Positions 1 through 11,663 of a stretch of 64,000 nt of DNA are shown piece after piece; position 1 is the first letter of the stretch; every line of letters begins with the position of its first letter. The stretch spans positions 558,001-622,000 of the forward strand of contig NW_025963789.1 of NCBI RefSeq assembly GCF_023055435.1, read 5' to 3'. A program made the position numbers and the translations under genes. The stretch comes from Haliotis rufescens. Taxonomy: Eukaryota. The notes beneath the pieces were generated by a model, which searched no databases, was not told where the DNA came from, and saw nothing but the letters and a program-made list of their open reading frames with translations.

Positions 1-1145
1 CATGGGGTACAGGTATCAATCTGTTATAACATGGTTACCCATATATGGGGTACAGGTATCAATCTGTCATAACATGGTTACCCATACATGGGTTACAGGT
101 GTCAATCTGTCATAACATGGTTACCCATACATGGGGTACAGGTATCAATCTGTTATAACATGGTTACCCATACATGGGGTACAGGTATCAATCTGTTATA
201 ACATGGTTACCCATACATGGGGTACAGGTATCAATCTGTCATAACATGGTTACCCATACATGGGGTACAGGTATCAATCTGTTATAACATGGTTACCCAT
301 ACATGGGGTACAGGTATCAATCTGTCATAACATGGTTACCCATACATGGGGTACAGGTGTATCTGTTAAAACATGGTTACCCATACATGGGGTACAGGTA
401 TCAATCTTTCATAACATGGTTACCCATACATGGGGTACAGGTATCAATCTGTCATAACATGGTTACCCATACATGGGGTACAGGTATCAATCTGTCATAA
501 CATGGTTACCCATAGATGGGGTTTCAGGTGTCAATCTGTCATAACATGTTACCCATACATTGGGTACAGGTATCAATCTGTCATAACATGGTTACCCATA
601 CATGGGGTACAGGTATCAATCTGTCATAACATGGTTACCCATACATGGGGTACAGGTATCAATCTGTCATAACATGGTTACCCATACATGGGGTACAGGT
701 ATCAATCTGTCATAACATGGTTACCCATACATGGGGTTTCAGGTGTCAATCTGTCATAACATGGTTACCCATACATGGGGTACAGGTATCAATCTGTCAT
801 AACATGGTTACCCATACATGGGGTACAGGTATCAATCTGTCATAACATGGTTACCCATACATGGGGTTTCAGGTGTCAATATGTCATAACATGGTTACCC
901 ATAAATGGGGTACAGGTATCAATCTGTCATAACATGGTTACCCATACATGGGGTACAGGTATCAATCTGTCATAACATGGTTACCCATACATGGGGTTTC
1001 AGGTGTCAATCTGTCATAACATGGTTACCCATACATGGGTTACAGGTGTCAATCTGTTATAACATGTTACCCATACACGGGGTACAGGTATCAATCTGTT
1101 ATAACATGGTTACCCATACATGGGGTACAGGTGTCAATCTGTTAT
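1..1145. repeat. 43-bp tandem minisatellite (runs off window start)
   Basis: Unit CATGGGGTACAGGTATCAATCTGTCATAACATGGTTACCCATA, ~26 copies. Confidence 0.97.
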
Positions 1146-1431
1146 GCATACCTTTCATTGCTCACTAAACTTATGCAAAGGTCACGTGATGTATTTTTTA
1201 AAGGAACAATGCTTTGTATGTATTTTTGTTTTTGTATATTGTGTGTAGAATTATTTCAGCATAAGTTTGAAATTTATATGTATAGTCTTTACAATAGTCA
1301 TTATATCGTCCATAATTCATATAACATTGACATCCATGTGTCGTCTTTTAAACAACAGTTGATTAAATTCAATACATCTTAAATCCTCACAAATACTAAT
1401 AGATTAGTATACTTTGCCTGGTTGATATATA

Positions 1432-1570
1432 TTGTTTGTTTGTTGTTTAACGCCGCACTCAGCAATATTCCAGCTATATGACGGCGGTTAGTAAATAATC
1501 GCGTCTGGACCAGACAATCCACTGATTGATATCATGAGCATCGATCCACGCAATTGATATATAATGACAT
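1432..1570 (-). mobile_element. SINE family A, 3' fragment
   Basis: (GTTT)n-TTGTTTAACGCCGCACTCAGCAATATTCCAGC tail shared with other copies. Confidence 0.85.
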
Positions 1571-1783
1571 GGAATGACATCGAACATGTGCTTTAGTAGG
1601 TAATGATATATGGCGTTATCGACCGTATATTATTCTTGTCTTTTGTATATGAAGGTCACAGTTTTCTACGTTGCGTCCCTTTGGCGCGCCAGAAGCTATG
1701 AAATATCTCACAGATTCGCCTGATACTGTTTCTAGATAGTTCAATACTACACCCGTAAAAAGGTTTATGGTAGTTATTTGCAG

Positions 1784-2049
1784 AACCCATGAAGTTCCGG
1801 GGTAGAATAGGTCTTCAGCAACCCATACTTGCCGTAAAGGGCGACTATGCTTGTCGTAAAAAGCTACTAACGGGATCGGGTGGTCAGGCTCGCTGACTTG
1901 GTTGATACATGTCATAGATCCCAATTGCGTGGATGGATGCTCATGATATTAATCACTGGATTGTCTGGTCCAGACCGCCGGTATTTACAGACCGCTGTCA
2001 TATAGCTGTAATATTGCTGAGTGCGGCGTTAAACAACAAACAAACAAAC
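1784..2049 (+). mobile_element. SINE family A (tRNA-less head), full length
   Basis: ACCCATGAAG..CCGGGGTAGAATAGGTCTTCAGC head to GCGGCGTTAAACAACAAAC tail; >10 copies in window. Confidence 0.9.
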
Positions 2050-2694
2050 GAAAAAGCCGGCAACTACGTACATTGTATGTCACTGATTAATTACTGTTGT
2101 TTATATTTATGAATTAATCCATGTCAGATGACCTTGGCTATATAAGCCTTGGTCCAGAGATGAACATCCGGAGAGATAGGGTCTTAGCCTAGCTAGGGTT
2201 AGGCTGGGTGTCCCGGGGCACCACGACAACAACCATTGGCACATGACCTGGCAAATCGTGTTTTCTGTATATATATGTCTACCTGTATAAAGCAAACTTG
2301 TATATAACGCAAGTCACCGATTTCATCTTGTCACTTCCTACCGAGAACTGTACCCTGACCCCTTGCATATAGGAATATGAAAATAATCATCAGCAACTTC
2401 ACGTGTCTCCAACGTGCGTGCAGCTAGCGCGTTGTTAATATGACCTCACAATGAAAGGTCATCACTCCGACGTGCAGAACATTCTACAAATATTTCATAG
2501 GCAAATTGTGACAAATCTGTCGAATTCAGTAATACATATGTACTTAAAACCACTAAAATCATCAAGTCATGCATAACCTTTCATTATATGTGCAGTATTT
2601 GCATAAACTTAAGAATTTAAAAACAGTTCATTTGTGTATTATTACACCTGAGGCCATTTTCTTTCCAAACAATTCTAGTTATTTGTTATTTATT

Positions 2695-2697
<3 letters not shown>

Positions 2698-2743
<46 letters not shown>
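2698..2743. repeat. (CA)n microsatellite
   Basis: Direct read. Confidence 0.98.
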
Positions 2744-2744
<1 letters not shown>

Positions 2745-3422
2745 AGACCCGTGAAATAAGTCATAAGGACGCAACTCTGTCAGAATGTTGAGATCTGATT
2801 GGTTCACGTGATGTTAATAAAATAAAACGTATCTCGCCTGTGAGGGAAACACATTTCTGAGCGAAAAAATAAACCGCTTATACCCCGCCAAGAAGAAAAC
2901 AAACTTTATGTAGATTTCTGAACGGGACGATAAATCTCTTGCAACGAAGCAAAAAGCTCAGCTCAATCGAACAGGTGTTTTCTATCTGTTTTCAGTTTGT
3001 TTTAATTCATTTACAGTGGCAGATAGAAAGTGGTCAGCAAGATAAATTCGTTGTAGCCTTATCACTCGGAGTCTCTATGGCTTTATGCGTCCCTCGGTAG
3101 GCTTTATACCACTCGCCTAAATCACATATACCCCATGTGATAATGCTGCAACTTATAACATACGTGTACAATTGCGACAGGAATTAGTGTTATCTGTGTA
3201 TTCGAGGACATTATTGTCGTTTTGCAAGCGGAATATCGTAGCTAACGTTATCGAAGATGGCGAATGACTTGCCTTGCCTATCAAGGCATGAATATCCTGT
3301 TCTTAACAAATCCAAATGTATTTTAAGTGAGTGCGTGAGTTAAAATGCCACGTCGCATTTCAGATATATAACGACGAGTTATTATTTGTAGAACTATCCT
3401 TGATAAATATCCGGCCATAAAA

Positions 3423-3946
3423 CATCTTCCCGAGGCAAGAGAGTTAACTGACTTTAAAAGTCCAGTTTCCACCCTTGCCGACTCGATCGTAGCGCCACCA
3501 GTGGCTATTACCAATTATGTCCCTTCCTAGCCTCTCCTATGGACCAATCAGATTCCACCTGTCGAATCACTTGCATTTGTTTCACACAAAATGGTGGCGC
3601 CCAGTCAGGACGATCTGATCGATAATCGAGATCTATATTGTGATAAAACCAGTCTTACATCGCGAAATGCATCAAATCACGTCAGCACCTTGATTAAAAA
3701 CATGAAAAGATTTGGAAAATATCTGCTGACAGCAGTTGGCGGTGCACATATTTTGCAAATCCTGCAATCGACCGAAATCTGCACGACAGTTTACGAACCG
3801 GATTTCGATTTCGGTGCGCGATTTTGATTGGACTATGCATAGACTCGTTAGTCCAGCCAAAATGTAACTCCATAATTCCAGCCTAGTACGGCAAGGGTGG
3901 AAACTGGACTTTTATAGTCAGTTAACTCTCTTGCCTCGGGAAGATG
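3423..3946. mobile_element. MITE-like element with ~60-bp inverted repeats
   Basis: CATCTTCCCGAGGCAAGAGAGTTAACTGACT...CCCTTGCCG (3423-3480) mirrored at 3886-3946; no TSD resolved. Confidence 0.7.
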
Positions 3947-4805
3947 GCTGTTACACTACTGTACATTTCCTAGTTTCAGCCAGGTTAAGCTCCTTCGTAG
4001 TTCTATGCTGCATTGTGTTCTCACGTGGATCACGGCGCATTGTGTTCTCAGCATCGCACCTTATACATAGGACACCCTCCTACACTTTGTTAACCAATTT
4101 ATGTAGGAAGACCATAGTTGTTGTTTTTTGTTGTTGTTTGTTTTGTTTGTTTGTTTTTTGGGGGGGTGTCTTTCCTTTTATTGCCTCAATTTGTTATTGT
4201 TATTCTCCAACAAATGAGAAGTGCAATCAACAGACAATATACTGTTAAGAACACTCAACATCACTATGTACAACAATGTTCAAAGACAAGCTGTATTCAC
4301 TCAGCGTCAATATTATTAGGCTATAAAGGGCGCTTCTATTCTCCAGCTGTTTCTTAATTTGAACAGACACTTCAGTGCACATGTATATTCTAATACCTAC
4401 TTTTCTTTTGCAGATATCACCAAGTCACTTTATATATTGTTTTTCTTCGTAATGATTAAAACCCGCCAAATTTTCACAGGTACCAAACACAGCAAATCAC
4501 GCAGACCGCAACAAACCGAATGCGGACGAGTGGGCAGTGTCGGGTTTCATTCATTACGATACACACTTTATGGGGAGTGTGTCATGTTTGGAATTTGTGT
4601 GGCTGTTACTATTTAAAGTGTATACATATTCCGTAGTTTGGTTGCTCTCTACTGGTTTCATTGGTAGGCCTGTAAACGATATTCACTATTCATAACTTCA
4701 TATCTGATGTCATGAAACAATATGGTGAACTTTGTACAACTACCCGTTATAGATCTTGATGAACAAACACTTGAAAAAAAATAAAATTTACTATTAATGA
4801 CCAGC

Positions 4806-4936
4806 TATACTACTCAAAAGAAGTTAAGAATCACCTGATTCTTTCATATTACTATAGGTAATCTCTCATGTCATGACAGATTTATTTTACCATTATGAAA
4901 GAATCGGGTGATCCTTAACTTCTTTTGAGTAGTATA
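4806..4936. mobile_element. Short Tc1/mariner-like MITE
   Basis: ~43-bp TIRs TACTACTCAAAAGAAGTTAAG(A/G)ATCACC..., TA flanks. Confidence 0.75.
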
Positions 4937-5709
4937 TTTTTAGAAAAAAATACTTCTCGAAATTAAAAACAGAAAATTTTATTTCTTCGTTGTTTAACGC
5001 CGCACTCAACAAAAACCCGGTGTTACAACCCTTAATGTAAAATTTACCGTTAATGTAAAAGATTTTACATCAAGTGTTACGTGTTAACTCTGAATGTAAA
5101 AAAGATGACATTAAGAGGAACAACTGGCAAAGCTTAATATAAAAAATATTTTTTTACATTGAGGGGTTAATGCCGTACATATCGCACCTTATTGTAAAAT
5201 ATTCTTAAAAACAAAGTTTGATTGGAAATATAGGGTACCTGTTGCTTTTTTCACATTTTTATTGATTTTGCTCGGTTTCTTGTAATTATTCGTAATAAGC
5301 GACAGCATGAGAAACTGACTTTGCTCAGATCTGAGAACAAGAGGGGCTATTATAAGAATTGCAGGCTCGTTATTGAGGACATGCCAGCTACTACTCTGGA
5401 AAGTGATGAGCATCAGATCGCGACTCAAGTGGAACATCGTCAGCTGTGGATCAGGAGCGGGTGCTGCCGTCAAGGTCGAAGGTTAAGTCAGTCTCAGGGT
5501 AATAACGGTTTGGCCAGAGCTGTTATAGCGACTCTACAGGCAAAAGCATTTCTTACATTGCAAGGAATATAGAAGATTTAACCAACAAACCGTCCGATAT
5601 TGGCTTTGTTTCTTTTATATCAGAACATGACATTGTTGCTTTATATGAAACAAAATCAATAGAAAATTACTTTAGTGACATTTTTTGCAGATTATGAACT
5701 TTTTTGTTT

Positions 5710-6320
5710 AGGGCTCAGTCACACATTCAGGATTTTTACTGCCGTCCTTGATAGGACCATTTCCGATTAGAATTTGTCAAAAGTCTGATCAAGGTCCTGT
5801 AATTCGTGGCGGGAAATTCACTAACAATCAGATATTGTTCAGGAATCGTCCCGATTCAGCGTTTCCAGCCGAATTCGTCCCGATTCTCCCGTACTCAATC
5901 CGAATCTGATCAAATTTGTATCTTCCGCATGGTAAAAAAGACCGAATCTGTCCCAACAGCGTCCCGATTCTCCCGAATGCGATCCAACACAGACGGTTCG
6001 CATTCGGCAAGATCTGGACGCAATATGGGCTCAATCGACAAGAAACGGCATGCCCGTTCATTACGACAGCGTTCCGATCCACAGGACACCGTCCAGACTA
6101 CACAGGACATCGTTACGATTTTGATCCGATACAGCAGAATTTGTCACGAAATAGTCACGATTGTAATCCGACTAGACAAAATCGGCTCAGCTACTCGAAT
6201 ACTGTCGGGAGTGCTTGACCGACCTCTCTGGACCTTTCTCGATCCGTAGGACTCTGTTACGAACGTTCAGACAATGACAGGACATTCCAGATCATTGAGG
6301 ATAGTAATACTATCCCATGA
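5710..6320. mobile_element. Probable truncated non-autonomous DNA transposon (PIF/Harbinger-like end)
   Basis: Begins GGGCTCAGTCACAC; CpG-rich with recurrent CCGAT/ATCGG motifs; no second TIR found. Confidence 0.35.
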
Positions 6321-7213
6321 CTTCCTGGCTAGAATAGATCCATACCGCCCCATGTCTCCCGAGCTAGAACAGGTCCATACCGCCCCATGTCTCCCGGGCT
6401 ATACCAGGTCCATACCGCCCCATGTCTCCCGGGCTAGAACAGGCCCATACAACCCCATGTCTCCCGGGCTAGAACAGGTCCATACCGCCCCATGTCTCCC
6501 GGGCTAGAACAGGTCCATACCGCCCCATGTCTACCGGGCTAGAACAGGCCCATACCACCCCATTTCTCCCGGGCTAGAACAGGTCCATACCGCCCCATGT
6601 CTCCCGGGCCATACCAGGTCCATACCGCCCCATGTCTCCAGGGCTATACCAGGTCCATACCGCCCCATGTCTCCCGGGCTAGAACAGGCCCATACCACCC
6701 CATGTCTCCCGGGCTATACCAGGTCCATACTGCCCCATGTCTCCCGGGCTAGAACAGGTCCATACCGCCCCATGTCTCCCGGGCTATACCAGGTCCATAC
6801 CGCCCCATGTCTCCCGGGCTAGAACAGGCCCATACCACCCCATGTCTCCCGGGCTAGAACAGGTCCATACCGCCCCATGTCTCCCGGGCTAGAACAGGCC
6901 CATACCACCCCATGTCTCCCGGGCTAGAACAGGTCCATACCGCCCCATGTCTCCCGGGCTAGAATAGGTCCATACCACCCCATGTCTCCCGGGCTAGAAC
7001 AGGTCCATACCGCCCCATGTCTCCCGGGCTAGAATAGGTCCATACCACCCCATGTCTTCCGGGCTAGAACAGGTCCATACCGCCCCATGTCTCCCGGGCT
7101 AGAACAGGTCAATACCGCCCCATGTCTCCCGGGCTAGAATAGGTCCATACCACCCCATGTCTCCCGGGCTAGAATAGGTCCATACCACCCCATGTCTCCC
7201 GGGATAGAATAGG
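6316..7213. repeat. 35-bp minisatellite, array 1 (GTCTCCC variant)
   Basis: Unit CATGTCTCCCGGGCTAGAACAGGTCCATACCGCCC, ~25 copies. Confidence 0.97.
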
Positions 7214-7560
7214 TAAAGATGTACTTGAATCAGAAATTCTTCAAAGCAGTGTGGTTTATCACAGTTGTCCAGTGGCGTATTCTCTGGGCTACACTTAGAA
7301 AGGTTGCAGGTTCGATCCCTGTTAAATATATGTTACATCAGTCGTTTGATTTTTTGTCAGTCCGTACATGTCTTTAAGTTAGAATTGTAAAGTGTGGATG
7401 GGGTCCAAATGCAAAATAATTCAAAGGGACTTTCTATATAATACCCCAGGGTCACGGTCAATCCTCAACAAAAACAATAGAATGGTGTCTATAGTGGATT
7501 TTCGAAGATATATAAACTTCAAATGACAATGGGCTGACGTCACTGGAGGTGTAAAATAGC

Positions 7561-10440
7561 AATGTCTTCCGGGCTGGAACAGGTCAATACCACCCCATGT
7601 CTTCCGGGCTAGAATAGGTCCATACCATCCCATGTCTTCCGGGCTAGAATAGGTCCATACCGACCCATGTCTTCCGGGCTAGAATAGGTCCATACCATCC
7701 CATGTCTTCCGGGCTAGAACAGGTCCATACCACCCCATGTCTTCCGGACAAGAATAGGTCCATACCATCCAATGTCTTCCGGGCTAGAACAGGTCCATAC
7801 CACCCCAAGTCTTCCGGGCTAGAACAGGTCCATACCACCCCATGTCTTCCGGGCTAGAACAGGTCCATACCACCCCATGTCTTCCGGGCTAGAATAGGTC
7901 TCTACCACCCCATGTCTTCCGGGATAGAACAGGTCTCTACCGCCCCATGTCCTCCGGGCTAGAATAGGTCCATACCACCCCATGTCTTCTGGGCTAGAAT
8001 AGGCCCATACCACCCCATGTCTTCCGGGCTAGAATAGGTCCCTACCAACCCATGTCTTCCGGGTTAGAATAGGTCCACACTACCACGGCCCATGCCTTCT
8101 TGGCTAGAACAGGTCTCTACCGCCCAATGTTTTCCGGGCTAGAATAGGTCTATACCACCCCATGTCTTCCGGGCTAGAACAGGTCCACACTACCCCATGT
8201 CTTCCGGGTTGGAACAGGCCCATACAACCCCATGTCTTCCGGGCTAGAATAGGCCCATACCACCCCTTGTCTTCCGGGCTAGAATAGGTCCACACTACCC
8301 TGGCCCATGCCTTCTGGGCTGGAACAGGTCCCTACCGCCCCATGTCTTCCGGGCTAGAATAGGTCCCTACCAACCCATGTCTTCCGGGTTAGAATAGGTC
8401 CACACTACCCCATGTCTCCTGGGCTGGAACAGGTCTCTACCGCCCCATGTCTTCCGGGCTAGAACAGGTCCCTACCACCCCATGTCTTCCGGGCGAGAAC
8501 AGGTCCATACCACCCCATGTCTTCTAGGCTAGAACAGGTCCATACCACCCCATGTCTTCCGGGTTAGAATAGGTCCACACTACCACGGCCCATGCCTTCT
8601 TGGCTAGAACAGGTCTCTACCGCCCAATGTTTTCCGGGCTAGAATAGGTCTATACCACCCCATGTCTTCCGGGCTAACACAGGTCCACACTACCCCATGT
8701 CTTCCGGGTTAGAACAGGCCCATACAACACAATGTCTTCCGGGCTAGAATAGGCCCATACCACCTCATGTCTTCCGGGCTAGAATAGGTCCACACTACCC
8801 TGGCCCATGCCTTCTGGGCTGGAACAGGTCCCTACCGCCCCGTGTCTTCCGGGCTAGAACAGGTCCATACCACCCATTGTCTTCTGGGGTAGAACAGGCC
8901 CATACCAACCCATGTCTTCTGTGCTAGAATAGGTCCCTACCACCCCATGTCTTCTGGGTTAGAATAGGTCCCTACCACCCCATGTCTTCTGGGTTAGAAT
9001 AGGTCCCTACCACCCCATGTCTCTTCCGGGCTAGAATAGGTCCATACCACCCCATGTCTTCCGGGTTAGAACAGGCCCATACCACCCCATGTCCTCTGGG
9101 TAAGAATAGGTTCCTACCACCCCATGTCTTCTTGGTTAGAATTAGGCCCTACCGTCCCATGTCGTCCGGGCTAGAATAGGTCCACACTACCCCGGCCAAT
9201 GTCTTCCGGGCTAGAACAGGTCTCTACCGCCCCGTGTCTTCCGGGCTAGAATAGGTCTCCACCACCCCATGTTTTCCGGGTTAGAACAAGCCCATACCAC
9301 CCCATGTCTTCCGGGCTAGAATAGGTCCCTACCAACCCATGTCTTCCGGGTTAGAATAGGTCCACACTACCCCGGTCCATGTCTTCCGGGCTAGAACAGG
9401 TCCCTACCACCCCGTGTCTTCCGGGCTAGAATAGGTCTCTACCACCCAATGTCTTCCGGGTTAGAACAGGCCCATACCACCCCATCTCTTTCCGGCTAGA
9501 ACAGGTCCCTACCACCCCATGTCTTCCGGACTAGAATAGGTCTCTACCAACCCATGTCTTCCGGGCTAGAATAGGTCCACACTACCCCACGTCTTGTAGG
9601 CTAGAACAGGCCCATACCATCCCATGTCTTCCGGGCTAGAATAGGTCCCTACCAACCCATGTCTTCCGGGTTAGAATAGGTCCACACTACCCCATGTCTC
9701 CTGGGCTGGAACAGGTCTCTACCGCCCCATGTCTTCCGGGCTAGAACAGGTCCCTACCACCCCATGTCTTCCGGGCTAGAACGGGGTCCATACCACCCCA
9801 TGTGTTCCGGGCTAGAACAGGTCCATACCAACCCATGTCTTCTAGGCTAGAGCAGGTCCATATCACCCCATGTCTTCCGGGCTAGAATAGGTCCATACCA
9901 CCTCATGTCTTCCGGGCTAGAATAGGTCGACACTATCCCATGCCTTCTGGGCTAGAACAGGTCCCTACCCCCCCAAGCCTTCTGGGCTAGAATAGGTCCC
10001 TACCGCCTCAAGCCTTCTAGGCTAGAGCAGGTCCATATCACCCCATGTCTTCCGGGCTAGAACAGGTCGACACTACCCCATGCCTTCTGGGCTGGAACAG
10101 GTCTCTACCGCCCCATGTCTTCCGGGCTAGAACAGGTCTCTACCGCCCCATGTCTTCCGGGCTAGAATAGGTCCATACAACCTCATGTCTTCCGGGCTAG
10201 AATAGGTCGACACTATCCCATGCCTTCTGGGCTAGAACAGGTCCCTACCACCCCAAGCCTTCTGGGATAGGAATAGGTCTCTACCGCCTCAAGCTTTCTA
10301 GGCTAGAGCAGGTCCATATCACCCCATGTCTTCCGGGTTAGAACAGGTCGACACTACCCCATGCCTTCTGGGCTAGAACAGGTCCATACCACCCCATACT
10401 TTCCAGGCAAGAATAGCTCTCTACTCCCACATGTCTACTG
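7561..10440. repeat. 35-bp minisatellite, array 2 (GTCTTCC variant)
   Basis: Unit CATGTCTTCCGGGCTAGAATAGGTCCATACCACCC, ~80 more diverged copies. Confidence 0.97.
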
Positions 10441-11046
10441 GGAAACGAATGGTCATGTTGTGTGACATGGCTGGTTGTGTGTCATTGTAACGGTTGGTGT
10501 GGATCGTTGCTTGAATTATACTCTTGTTTCCATGACAAAACTCAAATTATACAGGCCATTGACCATTGCAAAATAACATTCGCCAACACCTTGTACAGTA
10601 GGACTAGCACTGATATTTGTGTGAGTGGTAGCTAGAACAAACAGTTATCTCACCTTTAAATGATATTTATTCTGAATTAGGATATGTTATCATGAAAGTC
10701 TTTACAAATTACATCATATTCATATTCTGCATTAACATATCAGATACAGGTTTTGGAAAAAACAAGAAATATACTTGTCTATTTTCTATAATATTGACAG
10801 CTTTTCATTGTCAGAGTGTGTGCGAATCCAGCTGTACACCTAATATAATTCTATTGCAAACATTATTTTTTAACTATAGTGCCTGTGTCATTTCAGCCAT
10901 ACGGAGAGAAATTGAATTTTTTTATAAAAATTGTCGGCATAGGTACAAAGAGAAATATATATTTGATCAGAATAGCAACATAAGCAAAATTGTCCATTAT
11001 CCTTAAGAAAAGTCCATACAAGCACAATGTGATAAATTCTATTCGA

Positions 11047-11314
11047 GGGGGCACGGGTAGCCCAGTCGTCTAAGGCGCCGCGATCCGCTGTGCAGAATTG
11101 CACGCAAGAAACCTATGGTTGTGGGTTCGAATCCCGGTTCGCCCCGATTTTGTTTCTAGGTTTGTCAGCACTACACCCGTGTTCATGGGTTTCAAGGAAG
11201 TGGTAAACGTCTGAGATCACCTCAGGCTTTACTCCCACATTAAGCTGACACGCCGTGATATAATTGGAATACATGTACTGTTAAAAGCGGCGGTAAACCC
11301 AACTCACTCCCTCA
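11047..11314 (+). mobile_element. tRNA-derived SINE family C
   Basis: Box A TAGCCCAGTCGTCTAAGG, box B GGTTCGAATCCC, (TCAC)n tail, TSD CTATTCGA. Confidence 0.85.
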
Positions 11315-11400
11315 CTATTCGAAATCGTGAGGTTAAAACAAAGAAAGTAAAAGAGAAATTGTTATCTTCCAGTATCAAGCCCCAACGGTAAGATACAAGT

Positions 11401-11663
11401 CTACATTCGCATGAAAACTTTTGCAGGGACGTCGTCACCTTCTATGTTATGAAACAAAAAGCAAGTCTCGCCAACAAAATCGAAAGCTGCACAAAACACA
11501 TCAATCCGACAGACTTGCATACAGTCAAGGATGGTGGCTGAGCTGAGCGCCTCCAGGTGACCCAGCGAGAGCCCGGATGATGACATTCGCACAAAGTTCC
11601 CGTCGTACCCACAGGTGCCATGAATGCGGTCAGTGAGGTTTTGTTTGAGGAAGGCGGCAGCGA
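11401..11663 (-). CDS. CUB-PAN exon 4 (PAN/apple-like domain) to TAG
   Basis: ctttcag acceptor in phase 1; ILDCMQVCRIDVFCAAFDFVGETCFLF. Confidence 0.8.

Noticed and set aside
260-1382. Repeated MGYRYQSVITW ORFs
   Set aside because: Product of the 43-bp tandem repeat.
2095-2367. Possible solo LTR (TATA-like and ATAAA motifs, TG..CA)
   Set aside because: No TSD or second copy found.
4480-5482. Possible plus-strand exons (acceptors near 4479 and 5329, donors near 4664 and 5482)
   Set aside because: Frames are open but I recognise no homology and cannot build a consistent gene model; needs RNA-seq.
5806-6249. 147-aa ORF and overlapping ORFs
   Set aside because: Lie in a motif-repetitive transposon-like segment; no domain signature.
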